Assembly (NCBI GenBank): GCA_964234715.1 | Contig: OZ174279.1 | DNA from: Podarcis melisellensis | Taxonomy: Eukaryota | DNA: 64,000 nt | Direction: 5' to 3' (one strand) | In this document: positions 1 to 12,295 of the stretch, piece after piece | Numbering within the stretch: the first letter of the stretch is position 1 | Layout: each line of letters opens with the position of its first letter | Notes under the pieces: generated by a model | Databases searched by the model: none | What the model was told of the DNA's origin: nothing | Seen by the model: the letters and a program-made list of their open reading frames with translations, nothing else | Translations under genes and position numbers: made by a program

Positions 1-1770
1 CACCAATGATGGGACCTGTATACTGTCAAAAATGTGAAGTGGCCCTTTTGGGGGCTGTAAAAGCAAAATATTTAGAGCCAGCCTCACATCTACACAGCTT
101 CCTCCAGGTCCATTTTGTGGGAGACTGTCCTGCTGCTGGTGGAACAGACTTCCCCATCTTATTGTCACCTTGATGCTTCTGCTCAAGGCCAGGAGGGAGA
201 AAGGATTTGATGCTGCAGAAGTAGGAAATTACTTGCCATGTGGAGTGTGAAGCAATTGTTTTGCAGCTGATAGAAAGGGCTGTTCTCAGATAATCAGTGT
301 AATTGTAATGGGAGGCAAGGAAGATGGGAAGGACAACATCCTGCCTCAAGACACAGGTAAACTGCAATCTGTGCATAATTCCATATCTATATCACATTGC
401 ATGCACATATCTACACCACATTTGGTTTAAGAATAAATCCTCAACCCAGGTATAAACTGACAGAGGGTGCTCCAGTTATGTGAAAAGTAAGTTTTTCTCT
501 GTTCACTGCTTTACAGATCACACAAACAGAATGGTTTCTTTTGAGGAATGAGGCTCAGCATTACAAACCAAGAAAGAGACAGATAAGAAGTACAATCAAC
601 AGGCCTGGACACCACCCTGAGAGCAGGGAATCCCATAGGGTTCATTTGCACCTCCTCTAGTGTGGTTTTCCACAACCCGGGCTCTCGGAACTGATGTTGT
701 CCTTAGAATCACTCTAGAGAGATGATCTCAGGAGAAGGGAATCATCGCTAGCAGTTCCAGGAAGAAGATCAACACGCCAGAGAGCATGTTGCTCTCAGTC
801 ATCTTCCTTTTATAACATGATGTATTTATACCCAAGAGAGCTCTGCTCACATGCGGCAACACTCTGGGTCAGGCAGCAGCCTCTGTCTCCAGTCAGTTTA
901 AATGCTAAGGCAGAGCGAAATTATACAAAGCCAAGATCCTCCTGACACATATGGCAGCTCTCTTTTATAAGCAGAAAGGTCATGCAAGAACACAGAATGA
1001 TTTGAGGTTCACATACAGGAAAGATGACTGACTGCTTTTTAAAAGTGTTCCTCAAGTCAGCTAACACATTTATATGCTAATTCGAAAGTGGGCTGTCCTC
1101 TCCTGGGCTTCTTTGGAATAAAGGGTGGGATAAACATTTACCATAATAAATAATGAAAAGGACAATAGCTGCACTGGTAAAGGAGCCGTACAAGTAGCTG
1201 CTACGTTCACTAATAATAAGGCCAACTAGGGCTGCCAACAGGTGGGTACACAGACTCTTTGCTTTCAAAAAAAAAGGGAAGTCACACATTTCTAATGAAA
1301 GTTATGAAACAAAATGTGGAGACAACTCTCAGGCTTCAACGAGCAGCACCATTGCTAAGGAACTTGACCACTGCTGCTAAGCAATCTGAGAAAGGAATGT
1401 TGAGAGGAAGGCCCTTCCAGAGCAGGAGAAAAAAACACTGGAAACTGCTTGTTGCTGCTAGCTGAACAGTGGATGGTGGAAGATACTGGGGCGTGTTTGT
1501 TTAAGCACTTTCCTCATTCCTACGTTATTTCATTCACACACACCTCAAATGCCCTGCCTTTACAGAAGAAAACACAACTGGCTGGCTTTGTACGTTTTAC
1601 TTGGAAGTAACTCCCTTGAAATAAATGAGGTTTCCTTCCGACCAAGAAAAAATATTGATATTGCAGCACTCGCCCCCTGACTTTCCATGTCTCTCACATA
1701 GCCACCACCAGTCTGTCATCAAAGGGCTGCTATTTGTTAATATGCAGTCACCACAAAATAAAAATATGTA

Positions 1771-1905
1771 CAACCTTTAAAAGATATCTGAAGGCAGCCT
1801 TGTATAGGGAAGTTTTAAATGTTTAATTATGTTTTATTATGTTTTTGTATATGCTGGAACCCGCCCAGAGTGGCTGGGGCTACCCAGTCAGATTGGTGGG
1901 CTACA
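1771..1905 (+). mobile_element. L2-type LINE 3' terminal fragment
   Basis: caacctttaaaagatatctgaaggcagccttgtatagggaagtttt...ccgcccagagtggctgggg. The same tail recurs at 21330-21445 (minus) and 57840-58020. Confidence 0.6.
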
Positions 1906-3274
1906 TTTTTTAAACAGCACGAGTTTGTGTGCATGGGACCCGATCCACATAATGTGTGCTGATCCCTGGAAATCCTGTTAGACTAGAGGTCAGCAACTGG
2001 CAATCTTTGAGCCATATCTGGCTCCCTAAGATACTGCCTAGACTACCTGTTGCCAATCCAAAGAGGAAAACAGGATGTGGAAGCAGTACAGATGTGGCAA
2101 GCCCCTTTGAGAGTTGGAATCTAGCCTCTTTGCCCTTCACTATTCATATCCTTCCAAAAGTGTCCCTGCATCTCTCTCCCTGGAGTCTTTCAAATAAAAC
2201 ATTTGAAAGGGATGTAGTGCATCCCGTCCAATTACTCAACTTGTCAAAGCATCTCCTAACATGTCCAGCTTGCTGTTCCACAAGTTGATGTTATTGCTTT
2301 TGCTCTCTCATGCATCCTGGTAAAAGCCCTAGCCCCCTTCTTCACGGCAGCTCCTTACAGAACTCAAGATTCTTTGTACTGTCCTTAAAATACAGTATTT
2401 TTTTATTCTATTTAGAAATGTGCACATTTACTCCGAATGGCTAAGCACAGTTCCTTCCTCCTGCAAAAAAAATATGATCTTTATCTTCCTTAAAGCACAG
2501 ATTCTGCGTGGAAATTATGTGAGCTCAAGAGTCCTGAGAGTGTAATTGCTCACAACAAATGAACAGCTAAAAATCCAGGCAACCTAAACAAATAACATGA
2601 AATATTTGCTTTGCTAAATATCAACATATTAATAAGCAAGCACACAATCTGTTATGGGCTGTGAAGAATTTCTCCTCTTTGCTGAGGCTGAGAGAGAAAG
2701 ACAAACTACCCGGCAATATTATGTTCGGGAAATTCTTATCTAGAAAAAATATACATGTCCAGATTATACTGCTAGAAGGATAGTCACCTGTGGCCATTCC
2801 TGAGGTGGCCTTTAAAAAACTGCATCTTTGTGGGGGGAAAGGTTGTCAAAACGAAAACATTAAAGGGATGGTAACTGTTGATAACGTGCAAGTACTGTCT
2901 TATATCCAGGGGGTGCTGACAATGTAATCCCAAGATATATCCCAAGATGAAATAGACAGTTAAGGACCCTTAATAGTTCTGAACCTTTTCATTTGGTTAA
3001 ATAAGATTCTGGTGCTACTTTGATTAATTGTTGTATGAATCAGCAAAAAAAGTTTCAAGCATTAATTGGTAGTTCAAAAAAACAAAGTTTCAGTTGATTA
3101 ATCAGTGGGGGTCATTTTTAATCTGTGGGACTGAAAGTTAAGGGCATTATTTTACAACTATTTTACTTCTACTATTACAGGAAATTAAACGGAAAATGCT
3201 AGGGGCCTTTCCACCTAACCATTTGTGGTTGCTTTTTTGTTTAAACTGCAGGCTCATATCTTCTGTTTCTAATA

Positions 3275-4339
3275 CAGTGGTGCCCCGCAAGACGAACGCC
3301 TCGCAAGACGAAAAACCCGCTAGACGAAAGGGTTTTCCGTTTTGGAGGCGCTTCGCAAAACGAATTTCCCTATGGGCTTCCTTCGCAAGACGAAAGCCCA
3401 TAGGGAAATCTCCAGGGACAGCGGGGAAGTGCAGCGCGTCTTCCCCACTGTCCTCGGACCTCCTCCGAAGCCTGGCGATGGGGCGGAGAGCTCTCCGCCC
3501 CATCGCCAGCCTCCTCCGAAGGCTTGCGGTGGGAGGAGGGCTTTCCTCCCTACCGCCAACATTCAGAATGCTGTTCTGAATGTTGGCGGTGGGGAGGAAA
3601 AACCCTCCTCCCACCGCAAGTCCCGAGAACAGAGGAGAAGCGCTGCGCGCCTTCCCCTCTGTTCCCGGACCTGTCCTGAAGGCTTGCGGTGGGAGGAGGG
3701 CTTTCCTCCCCACCGCCAACATTCAGAATGCTGTTCTGAATGTTGGCGGTGGGGAGGAAAAACCCTCCTCCCACCGCAAGTCCCGGGAACAGAGGAGAAG
3801 CGCTGCGCGCCTTCCCCTCTGTTCCCGGACCTGTCCTGAAGGCTTGCGGTGGGAGGAGGGCTTTCCTCCCCACCGCCAACATTCAGAATGCTGTTCTGAA
3901 TGTTGGCGGTGGGGAGGAAAAACCCTCCTCCCACCGCAAGTCCCGGGAACAGAGGAGAAGCGCTGCGCGCCTTCCCCTCTGTTCTCGGACCTGTCCTGAA
4001 GGCTTGCGTTGGGAGGAGGGCTTTCCTCCCCACCGCCAACATTCAGAATGCTGTTCTGAATGTTGGCGGTGGGGAGGAAAAACCCTCCTCCCACCGCAAG
4101 TCCCGGGAACAGAGGAGAAGCGCTGCGCGCCTTCCCCTCTGTTCTCGGACCTGTGCTGAAGGCTTGCGGTGGGGAGAAAAGCCCTTCTCCGCACCGCCAG
4201 CCTGGCAAGCGGTCTCCATAGGAACGCATTAATTGATTTTTAATGCATTCCTATGGGAAACCGTGCTTCGCAAGACGAAAAACTCGCAAGACGAAAAAAC
4301 TTGCGGAACGAATTAATTTCGTCTTGCGAGGCACCACTG
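3275..4339. mobile_element. Non-autonomous Tc1/mariner-superfamily (Tigger/pogo-like) element with internal 160-bp tandem array
   Basis: TIRs cagtggtgccccgcaagacgaa / ttcgtcttgcgaggcaccactg, TA on both flanks. Ends shared with 17244-18222 and 55424-55676. Confidence 0.85.
3518..4175. repeat. Tandem array, 4 full 160-bp units plus a partial unit, each unit made of two hairpins
   Basis: Unit starts (gaaggcttgcgg/t) at 3518, 3678, 3838, 3998, 4158; units nearly identical. Explains the overlapping repetitive ORFs at 3147-4232. Confidence 0.95.
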
Positions 4340-4436
4340 TATATATATATATATATATGCTTTCGTAGATTTTCACGGGTACAGGAATGCAGGTTTTGGT
4401 GTCCTCGGGTGTCTTCCCGTGTAAAAGTTGGGGTGT

Positions 4437-4481
4437 CTAGGCGACGTTTCGACGAGGTCTCACTCGTCATCTTCAGGCTGG
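4437..4481 (-). ncRNA. Minimal hammerhead ribozyme motif, mirror copy
   Basis: Exact reverse complement of 4691-4735. Confidence 0.65.
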
Positions 4482-4690
4482 TGCTTTCGGCTTCTTGTTA
4501 CTGGAACAGAGCAGGATCTCAGTGTTTGAGTTCCTATAAATACTGTTGAGGGGGGTGTGGTGTATAGCCTCATTGGGGGGTGTGGTGTATAGCCTCATTG
4601 GAGGCTATACACCACACCCCCCTCAACAGTATTTATAGGAACTCAAACACTGAGATCCTGCTCTGTTCCAGTAACAAGAAGCCGAAAGCA

Positions 4691-4735
4691 CCAGCCTGAA
4701 GATGACGAGTGAGACCTCGTCGAAACGTCGCCTAG
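4691..4735 (+). ncRNA. Minimal hammerhead ribozyme motif (PLE-associated)
   Basis: CUGAAGA (4696-4702), U, GACGAG/CUCGUC stem II, then GAAAC-GUC (4722-4729). Stem III has no loop and stem I is weak. Confidence 0.65.
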
Positions 4736-4780
4736 ACACCCCAACTTTTACACGGGAAGACACCCGAGGACACCAAAACC

Positions 4781-4783
<3 letters not shown>

Positions 4784-4834
<51 letters not shown>
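4784..4834. repeat. (TA)n microsatellite
   Basis: Direct observation; a shorter run lies at 4340-4358. Confidence 0.95.
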
Positions 4835-4838
<4 letters not shown>

Positions 4839-6999
4839 AATATCTGTAAATTTAAATCTGATTTTAATCAGATAAAGAGGAAACAATTATTCAACTAAAA
4901 TTGTTTAATTGGATGACTGCCCTAATAAATGCACAGAAGATTGTGGCAAATATAGGGTTATGTAAGAGTTACCAACCTTTTAACCAGAGCACCATTTCAG
5001 CCACACAGAATACCCTGTGCTGTAGCATAACTTTTGTTCATCTTACAAATTGTTAGAAATTCTAAAAAAACCAACTTTTATGTCATGTGGATTCTGTATC
5101 AGCATAAAGCTGGTACAAAGCTCCTATTGCAACAGATGGACCTGTCACATCAGCTGATTCTTAATTCCAACAGATCCATGTTTTAAACTCATTTGTGGGT
5201 GCTTTAAGGACACCTATCTTCATAATTAATATAAAAAAGTACACAAAATGTGCTATACAAGCTACTCTTGGGATTAGAAATTTCACCGCAACATGGCTTT
5301 GCTGAAATATGGGGGACTATGTTTAAGTACTGGTACATCAATTGTTGTGCTACAAATCAGTAACTACAAGGGCAAAGCATCACTACCACAAGGGCATGCA
5401 TCAGGTGAACACACTTGGAAATGCAGTGACAACCTATATAAAAGAAACAAAATATTGCAAATAACTAATTTAAATTGTGAGTGGGGGAAGGAAGAAGGGA
5501 ATTTTAAAAACTCGGTGGATTTCACAAGATGAAGACTCAGGATTTTCGGCAAGGGAATGATTTTGTGGCTCACCCCCTCCACCAGTGTACCCCCTCACAT
5601 TTGGGGGGGGTGGACCAGCACCTTCCCCCTAGAGACATCTGACCTAATGATTACTCCAGGAGACAAGAAGCTAGATAGAATATGTGGGCAATTGCTTAGC
5701 AGCCATCCTCTTTTGCTTCAAGGTAACCTAGGCCATCTATTTATCTCCCTACAGCCTCTAACAACCATCTGTGTGCTGCTATCCAGTCCTCTCCACCCAA
5801 GCATGAAGATGACTTAATACTAAACCACAGGAGCCAGCATTTCCTTACCCTTCAGTGGCTCATTCCTGAAAGTTATCGCACAGCTCCAAACAAAGGAGTG
5901 ATGACAACATCAAGAAGTCAGCTTCCACAGAAGTTGATATTGAAAATGAGTGTTCTGTTCCTAGCTAAATTAGCCCTTTTAAGATTCTTCACCAATGAAC
6001 TTCATTCTATTGACTCCCTTTTTCTATCCCCTCTTTTGCACTAAGGCTACAAATCCATCCTTTGTCTTCATTAGGAAGCAGACAGATGTTCAACTACACT
6101 AGCCATGTTGAAGAAAGACACGGGATAAAGAGATAGAATTGCCTTTCATAGTTAGACCAAGGTTCACTTCCAGTTTGTGACAAACCACTGTTTGCCATTT
6201 TGCCTCAACACAGCAAACTGTTTTGATATCAAAGCAGGATCTCAAAGCATGTTTTGGACCCTGACTTATAAAAAAAATCCTTCATACATGAAGCAAGGGG
6301 AGGAACGTGCAGAGAGTGAACAAGCACCAGGGCTCTAGTTCTCATGGTGATTTTTATTCCAAACATCCAACACTCAAACATGCAAGTTGCATTCAGCTGT
6401 CATAGTTAATAACCATAGCTGGCTCCAGATGACAGTGAGATCAGGCTTTTCCTGAGATTCTAAGACCAGTAAAGGGCCCTCTGTCCTATTTTTTCTTTGC
6501 ATGGTGCAACCAAGCGGGTTGGAAGCAAAAGAAAGAATTCAACTCATGTCCCCTGCTTCTTACCAGTTAAGGAACCCCACTGAGGGTGCCTTGTCTTAAG
6601 ACCACCAAAGTCCTAGCACTGCCTAAAAGCTGCAGATAGACCTACTCTCCATGAATCTGCCTAATTCTTATACAGCAGATACTTTCAAACAAAATTCGGA
6701 AGGTCAAAAAGTTAATCAAACAACACCAACAGTTGCTGCAACCATATTTCTGTAAAATAGACCCTACCTGTCATAATGAAAATAAACTCTCATAATCCAC
6801 AAGGGACAACATAATACAGACACCTCCAAATTATGAATTGTCGGTTTTTCATAGTGCAAGTGGAAGTTTTACCTTTAGGTGGTTCAGCATTTAGGAACAA
6901 AAACCGCTGGTCTGATTAATCTCTCACTCAATACCAGTGGTAAGATGGCAAACTCCCCAGGCTTGTTCTGCGAGGAGAAAAGTAGAACAAAATTTCTGA

Positions 7000-7212
7000 T
7001 AAATTATCACATTTGTACCATGCTCTCCCACTCAAGGAGATGAGAAGAGCGTTTTAGCCTCCCAACAGACTTGGGAGGTAGCTTAGGCAGAGACAGTGAT
7101 TTGCCCAAACCCAAGAGGGAGTGATTCATTCAGTGAACCTTGCAGCCAAGTAGAGCTTTGAACCTCCCGGAAACATTGAAACAGAGCCCTCTAGCTATAA
7201 CACACTGGCTGA
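7000..7212 (-). mobile_element. Old Squam3/MIR-like tRNA-derived SINE
   Basis: Degenerate similarity to the reverse complement of 54484-54734 (ends ...ctataacacactggct). Confidence 0.5.
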
Positions 7213-8591
7213 AAGTTCTTCTTTGCTCAGTGGCATTAGTATAGAATGTTTCTCAGACGGATTTGGCAGAGACTGTCCTCTCCCCATGTGCGCAATCTAA
7301 ACCTGCTCCAAAGAGTTGGAGGAACCCCCATAATAGATTTAAGGGGTGTGCAGGAAGACGAAATTTCTTTGTGTGGCCAAAAGTCCTTGCACTAGCAGAA
7401 GCACATTGCTGAACACCGCTCAGGGCTTTTGCACCTCCATCAACTCTGATGGTTTCTAAGCATCACATGAGCAGTAAAGCAGCTCACCAATGCAGAACCA
7501 CTGCGCTACCTTCTTATTTAACTGATCTAGTATTTGATTTAAATAAAAAAACTCCAGTGTCTGACAGAAGGCCTAAATCAAACTGACAACGCACAAATGG
7601 AATTTCTCATCTTTGGGCATATGTCTAGATTTGCTTTAAGAAAAAACATTCTGGAGGAAACAAAACTATTAGAAGCTAGTTGAGAATACCCAAGTTCCTT
7701 CCATTCAAGGTGATGAAATTCTCAGAACTGCAAACTTTAACCAGTAGGTTAATTGGTTAATTGGTTAAACGGCAGCGAACAGGTAGGTGGCTATATCAGT
7801 ATGGCACAATTTGTTGCTGATTTTACACTATGTTGCTGCTGGGGGTATACTGTAACTGTAATATAGAATGAAAAAAGAAATGCTAAATCTAACCCTTCTT
7901 TAGAGGAAAGGGTAAGTGGCAGATTTTATTCACTTGCAACTATGTTAACACTTCCTTCAGCGTCTCAAAAAGACAGCCGCATCAAAGATTTGGGTTAGAG
8001 GCTCATTTAAATTTAATCAATCAGTTCAGAAGGTCATGATTACTCAACTAAAATTCATAAATTGGTTGACTATATCTTAGTTTGGCGTGTTCATCTGCAC
8101 AATGAAAATGCTAAGGCTCAAGAATTTGTAGGCATCTGCATTTTGAAAGAATTAAATACAGAAGAATCTAGGAGGTATGAATGTCGCTCCTAATACAATT
8201 CTGCCACTTCCGTACTTCTCTTGCCTTGGAATGCTAAAACATTCTCTTGCCAACTCTCAGCATAGCTGCCTTTCCATCAAACAGTCAGAAATATTCAGGG
8301 GCTGCTGATCTGTTGCCAATACCTAGGGCCAAGGAATTATGAGAAGGTGCCTTTTTAGTCAATTATCATGTTGTTATTTATATTACAGAGCAATGCAGGA
8401 GGCTCTTGCACGCTAACACTTTCACTTACATTTATGGATAGATTTTGGCAGCATTGTGGCTTTACAAACTTTCGAAGAAAATCCCTTTAATTTCAAATTG
8501 AATTAACTTCAGATCAGGCTGCTTGTGCCCCTGAAGGTACGTATTTTCTACCTTTTGTTATACACATGGGAAGAGCTGGGTGATGGGAGTA

Positions 8592-8820
8592 CAGTGGTAC
8601 CTCAGGCTAAGTACTTAATTCGTTCCAGAGGTCCATACTTAACCTGAAACTGTTCTTAACCTGAAGCACCACTTTAGCTAATGGGGCCTCCTGCTGCTGC
8701 CGCCGCGCCGCCGGAGCACAATATCTGTTCTCATCCTGAAGCAAAGTTCTTAACCCGAGGTACTATTTCTGGGTTAGCAGAGTCTGTAACCTGAAGCGTA
8801 TGTAACCTGAGGTACCACTG
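8592..8820. mobile_element. Tc1/mariner-superfamily MITE (cagtggtacctc family A)
   Basis: TIR cagtggtacctcagg / cctgaggtaccactg, TA flanks. Homologous to 12051, 30590 and 62716. Confidence 0.9.
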
Positions 8821-9547
8821 TAAAGCTTCTACTAGATAGATATGTTGCAACACACCAGAGCTTTCTATTCCTTTGCTGCTCTTGCAGCCATTCAGCACAT
8901 TGAGCATGTTCAGAGGGCCAAATACTAGCTTAATTAGTGAGGCTACCAATAAATCTATATATTCACATGCTGCTCTTTCATTCCTGCTTCACTGCTATTT
9001 TTGTGCAAGCAGGAAAACAAAGAAGCCATTAACCACAGTTCCCAGTTTACAGGTAATTGAAAGCTATGGTTAACTGTGACTTCTTGTTTTGTTGCCCTAC
9101 TTGCATGAAGGGGCTGTATGGATATGAAGTTTGCCCTGGCTTATTAAGCCAGGATTTTATTGTGTAAACCACATCACTATGCAGCAGCAAAGAGATTTGC
9201 CAATGAGTGTGCACTTGAAGGGGAGCTATAGCCAATTCCTGGCTCTCATATGAATGAACATCCAAATAGTTGGCAGGGACTGCTGCAGCAAAAATGAGTG
9301 TTGAGGCATCTTAAGTACTAATAATGAGCTCTCATGGGCTCATTATGAAATACTTTATCAGATGCATGATGCACACATTTTCAAAAACAGACTAGTTTCA
9401 TATACATATTACATTTTCAGATTTACATGTAAAAAAAATAATCAAAAATCAACAACACTTAGTTACACCAAAAGGCAATCTACGGTAGTTCTTAGGTGTG
9501 CCATTCCAAGTTAAAGATTGTTTTCAGAGCTGAAGAAGTGAAAGTAG

Positions 9548-9692
9548 NNNNNNNNNNNNNNNNNNNNNNNNNNNNNNNNNNNNNNNNNNNNNNNNNNNNN
9601 NNNNNNNNNNNNNNNNNNNNNNNNNNNNNNNNNNNNNNNNNNNNNNNNNNNNNNNNNNNNNNNNNNNNNNNNNNNNNNNNNNNNNNNNNNNN
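9548..9692. other. Assembly gap (145 N)
   Basis: Run of N. Confidence 1.
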
Positions 9693-9907
9693 CGCTTTAT
9701 CACTACCCAAAGGAGTTTCAAAGCAGCTAACATTCTCCTTTCCTTCCTCCCCCACAACAAACACTCTGTGAGGTGAGTGAGGCCGAGAGACTTCAGAGAA
9801 GTGTGACTAGCCCAAGGTCTCCCAGCAGCTGCATGTGGAGGAGCAGAGACGCGAACCCGGTTCACCAGATTAGGAGTCTACTGCTCTTAACCACTACACC
9901 ACACTGG
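9693..9907 (-). mobile_element. Squam3-like tRNA-derived SINE (3' end lost in gap)
   Basis: Close reverse complement of 54484-54734; tRNA-like head ccagtgtggtgtagtggttaagagc on the minus strand. Confidence 0.85.
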
Positions 9908-12050
9908 ACCCAGACTTAGGAAGGCATGCATGCTTTTAGCATGGAACTAAGAGACGGGGAGAAAGCCAAGGGACTGGGAACTGAATTTCATATATGAATA
10001 AGCAATAACTGATAAAAGCCTTTGGCTCCTGGTAGTAGTGGTAGTTACAGTGTTTGAAAAATCAACACTTCATTTATAAGGTTGGAACCAGTTAACTGTA
10101 GCAAGGTAGATCTCTAACTCGATCACATGATTTAAATTGTTTTTCTTGAATTTGGTTTCCTTTTTTGCTTTCCTAATTTTTCCAAGCCACTTAGTTTCTC
10201 TTCAAATAATAACAATACTACTACTACTACTACTAATAATAATAATCCACATTATTCCATTACATGGGACACAAAAGCTTGCATTTGATGGAAATGGTTC
10301 CCTTCAAGTGAAGCCTCAACAAAGCTTCCTTGTATATTAAAAAACCAATCACTTCTCTTCTAAAGTTCTTTTTCTTTTCTTTTTCCTTTCAGAAAGCATG
10401 GAAGGGAGATAGCCTGCAACAAAGGCGACTACATTTTTGCAGGACTAGATTGACTTTCCAACAGTGTGATTAGACCAGGAGAGCACAGCTGCAACTTATA
10501 AATGCCCAGGCAGGCACACATGAGTGGCGTCTCATCTAGTCTGCCAAAATTCCAAGCAATTAGAACAAATAACACTTTCAGCTCTTCTGCAAGTTACTGA
10601 GATGGAGAATAAACACCAGCAGTGGAGGAGAACGGTCGGGTGGGAAAAAGACTTCTTGTTTCATAAGGGTTACCTTAAAAAAAAGTTATTTATTTTTAAA
10701 TTTTCCATCAGAACAACCAACCACTTGCTTGCTCACTCCAAAGCATGGGAGTCCCCATGTCTCCAGGAAAAAAATGGAGCTTGTTTCCTCTTCCCTCTTA
10801 TTCCCAATTGGCCAGAATCTTACTTTCTTTCTGATATTGCTACTCCCGGGAAGAGGTAACTAAAATGTGGGTTTTGAACTGGAGTACAGTACTATATAGC
10901 AACCAAAAATCCTTAACAGAGAGTCTATGTCCTTAACAGACACTTGGATATTGCTTTCTTGTCCAACACTGGCCCAATTGGACGTGAAGGCAGGGAAGGG
11001 GCAAGTTTTTAATCTTCCTCTCTTCCCTTCTAGCAAGCCTAATGGCATTCTGCAGACACCCTGCCCAATTTCTTCAGCAGGCGCTACCCAATTTATGTGA
11101 AGTGTTGCCACCACAAGGTCAAATGGAATAGGCTGGGTTGGGTCCCCCCCCATTGCTCTTACAGTTCAATGCTATCCTTCCCTCCCAAAGTTGCATTTCC
11201 ATTTGCAGTATGAAAAAAAGTGGGGGAGGGGGAGTTTGCACGTGGATTGTAACTCAATGTGTATCATTATGAAAAGGTTAAAGCCGGAGTTGAGTCTCTA
11301 AGACGGTTGGGTGATGCCTTGCACTCCTCCTCCTGGCAACTCTGCAGCCAAGCATCACACACATCCAAATTCTTATCTGGCTCAGATGAAAATCTGATCC
11401 ACTCATTCAATACCACCCCCCAATAAACAACCTTTCCCCTTCCCTTCCTTTAAATATCCCACATACCACAAGAGCTGGGGCAGCATTCCAGCACCAGGGG
11501 AGTGAGAGGGAGGGGGTCTTTAGTTTCCTCCCTGTGCTAGGACATAGGACCCCCCCCCACGACCCTTAAGGAGAAGGGAGGGAAGGAATGGTGTCTTTCC
11601 CCTCTTACTGCAGCTGCTGTCACTGGCTCAGTAAGGCAGTCTTTTAAAGAAATAGAATGGGGGGGGTATCCATTTTTGTAGGCTGCACAGCTAGGATGGT
11701 GGATCTGATTGTCTCGGAAATAAGCCAAGCCATATTCTGCTTCATTGTTTTTAAGTACCTGAATTTATTTTCAAGCTAACATCGTATTGGCATGGCAGGG
11801 ACTTGCCCTTCTCTAAGAAACAGTCATCTTTAGGTCCAGAGGCACTGCAAGTTCTGAACAAGAAGAAAACAGGATTAGCATAGTCAGTATGGCTAGAGAT
11901 TAGCAGTCACATCCTAGCCATGTTCTCCCACTGATTCCAATGGGGCTCAACTCTCAAATGAGTATGCATAGGACTTCAGCCTAATCCTATGCATGTTTGC
12001 CCAGTGTATCCTGTTGAGTTGAGTGGGACTCCATTCAACAGCAAATAGTA

Positions 12051-12295
12051 CAGTGGTACCTCTGGTTACATACTTAATTCGTTCCGGAGGTCTGTTCTTA
12101 ACCTGAAACTGTTCTTAACCTGAGGCACCACTTTAGCCAATGGGGTCTCCCGCTGCTGCTGCTGTGCCACCACTGTGCGATTTCTGTTCTCATCCTGAAG
12201 CAAAGTTCTTAACCCGAGGTACTATTTATGGGTTAGCAGCGTCTGTAACCTGAAGCATATGTAACCTGAAGCGTATGTAACCCGAGGTACCACTG
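12051..12295. mobile_element. Tc1/mariner-superfamily MITE family A
   Basis: TIRs cagtggtacctc / gaggtaccactg, TA flanks; body matches 8592-8820. Confidence 0.9.

Larger units (their letters stand above)
4359..4785. mobile_element. Penelope-like element terminus arranged as a perfect inverted repeat within (TA)n
   Basis: 4387-4571 is the exact reverse complement of 4601-4785 (185 bp). The left arm has an extra terminal extension (minus strand ...cctgtacccgtgaaaatctacgaaagc). Both sides are flanked by (TA)n, and it contains a hammerhead core typical of PLE pseudo-LTRs. Confidence 0.75.

Noticed and set aside
3518-4175. CRISPR-like regular repeat
   Set aside because: Units are contiguous and identical with no unique spacers; vertebrate context.
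3147-4232. Stack of 80-190 aa ORFs on both strands
   Set aside because: Artefact of a GC-rich palindromic 160-bp tandem array; peptides are repetitive and show no transposase motifs.
9492-9865. ORFs containing X runs (also 16746-17108)
   Set aside because: They span assembly gaps.
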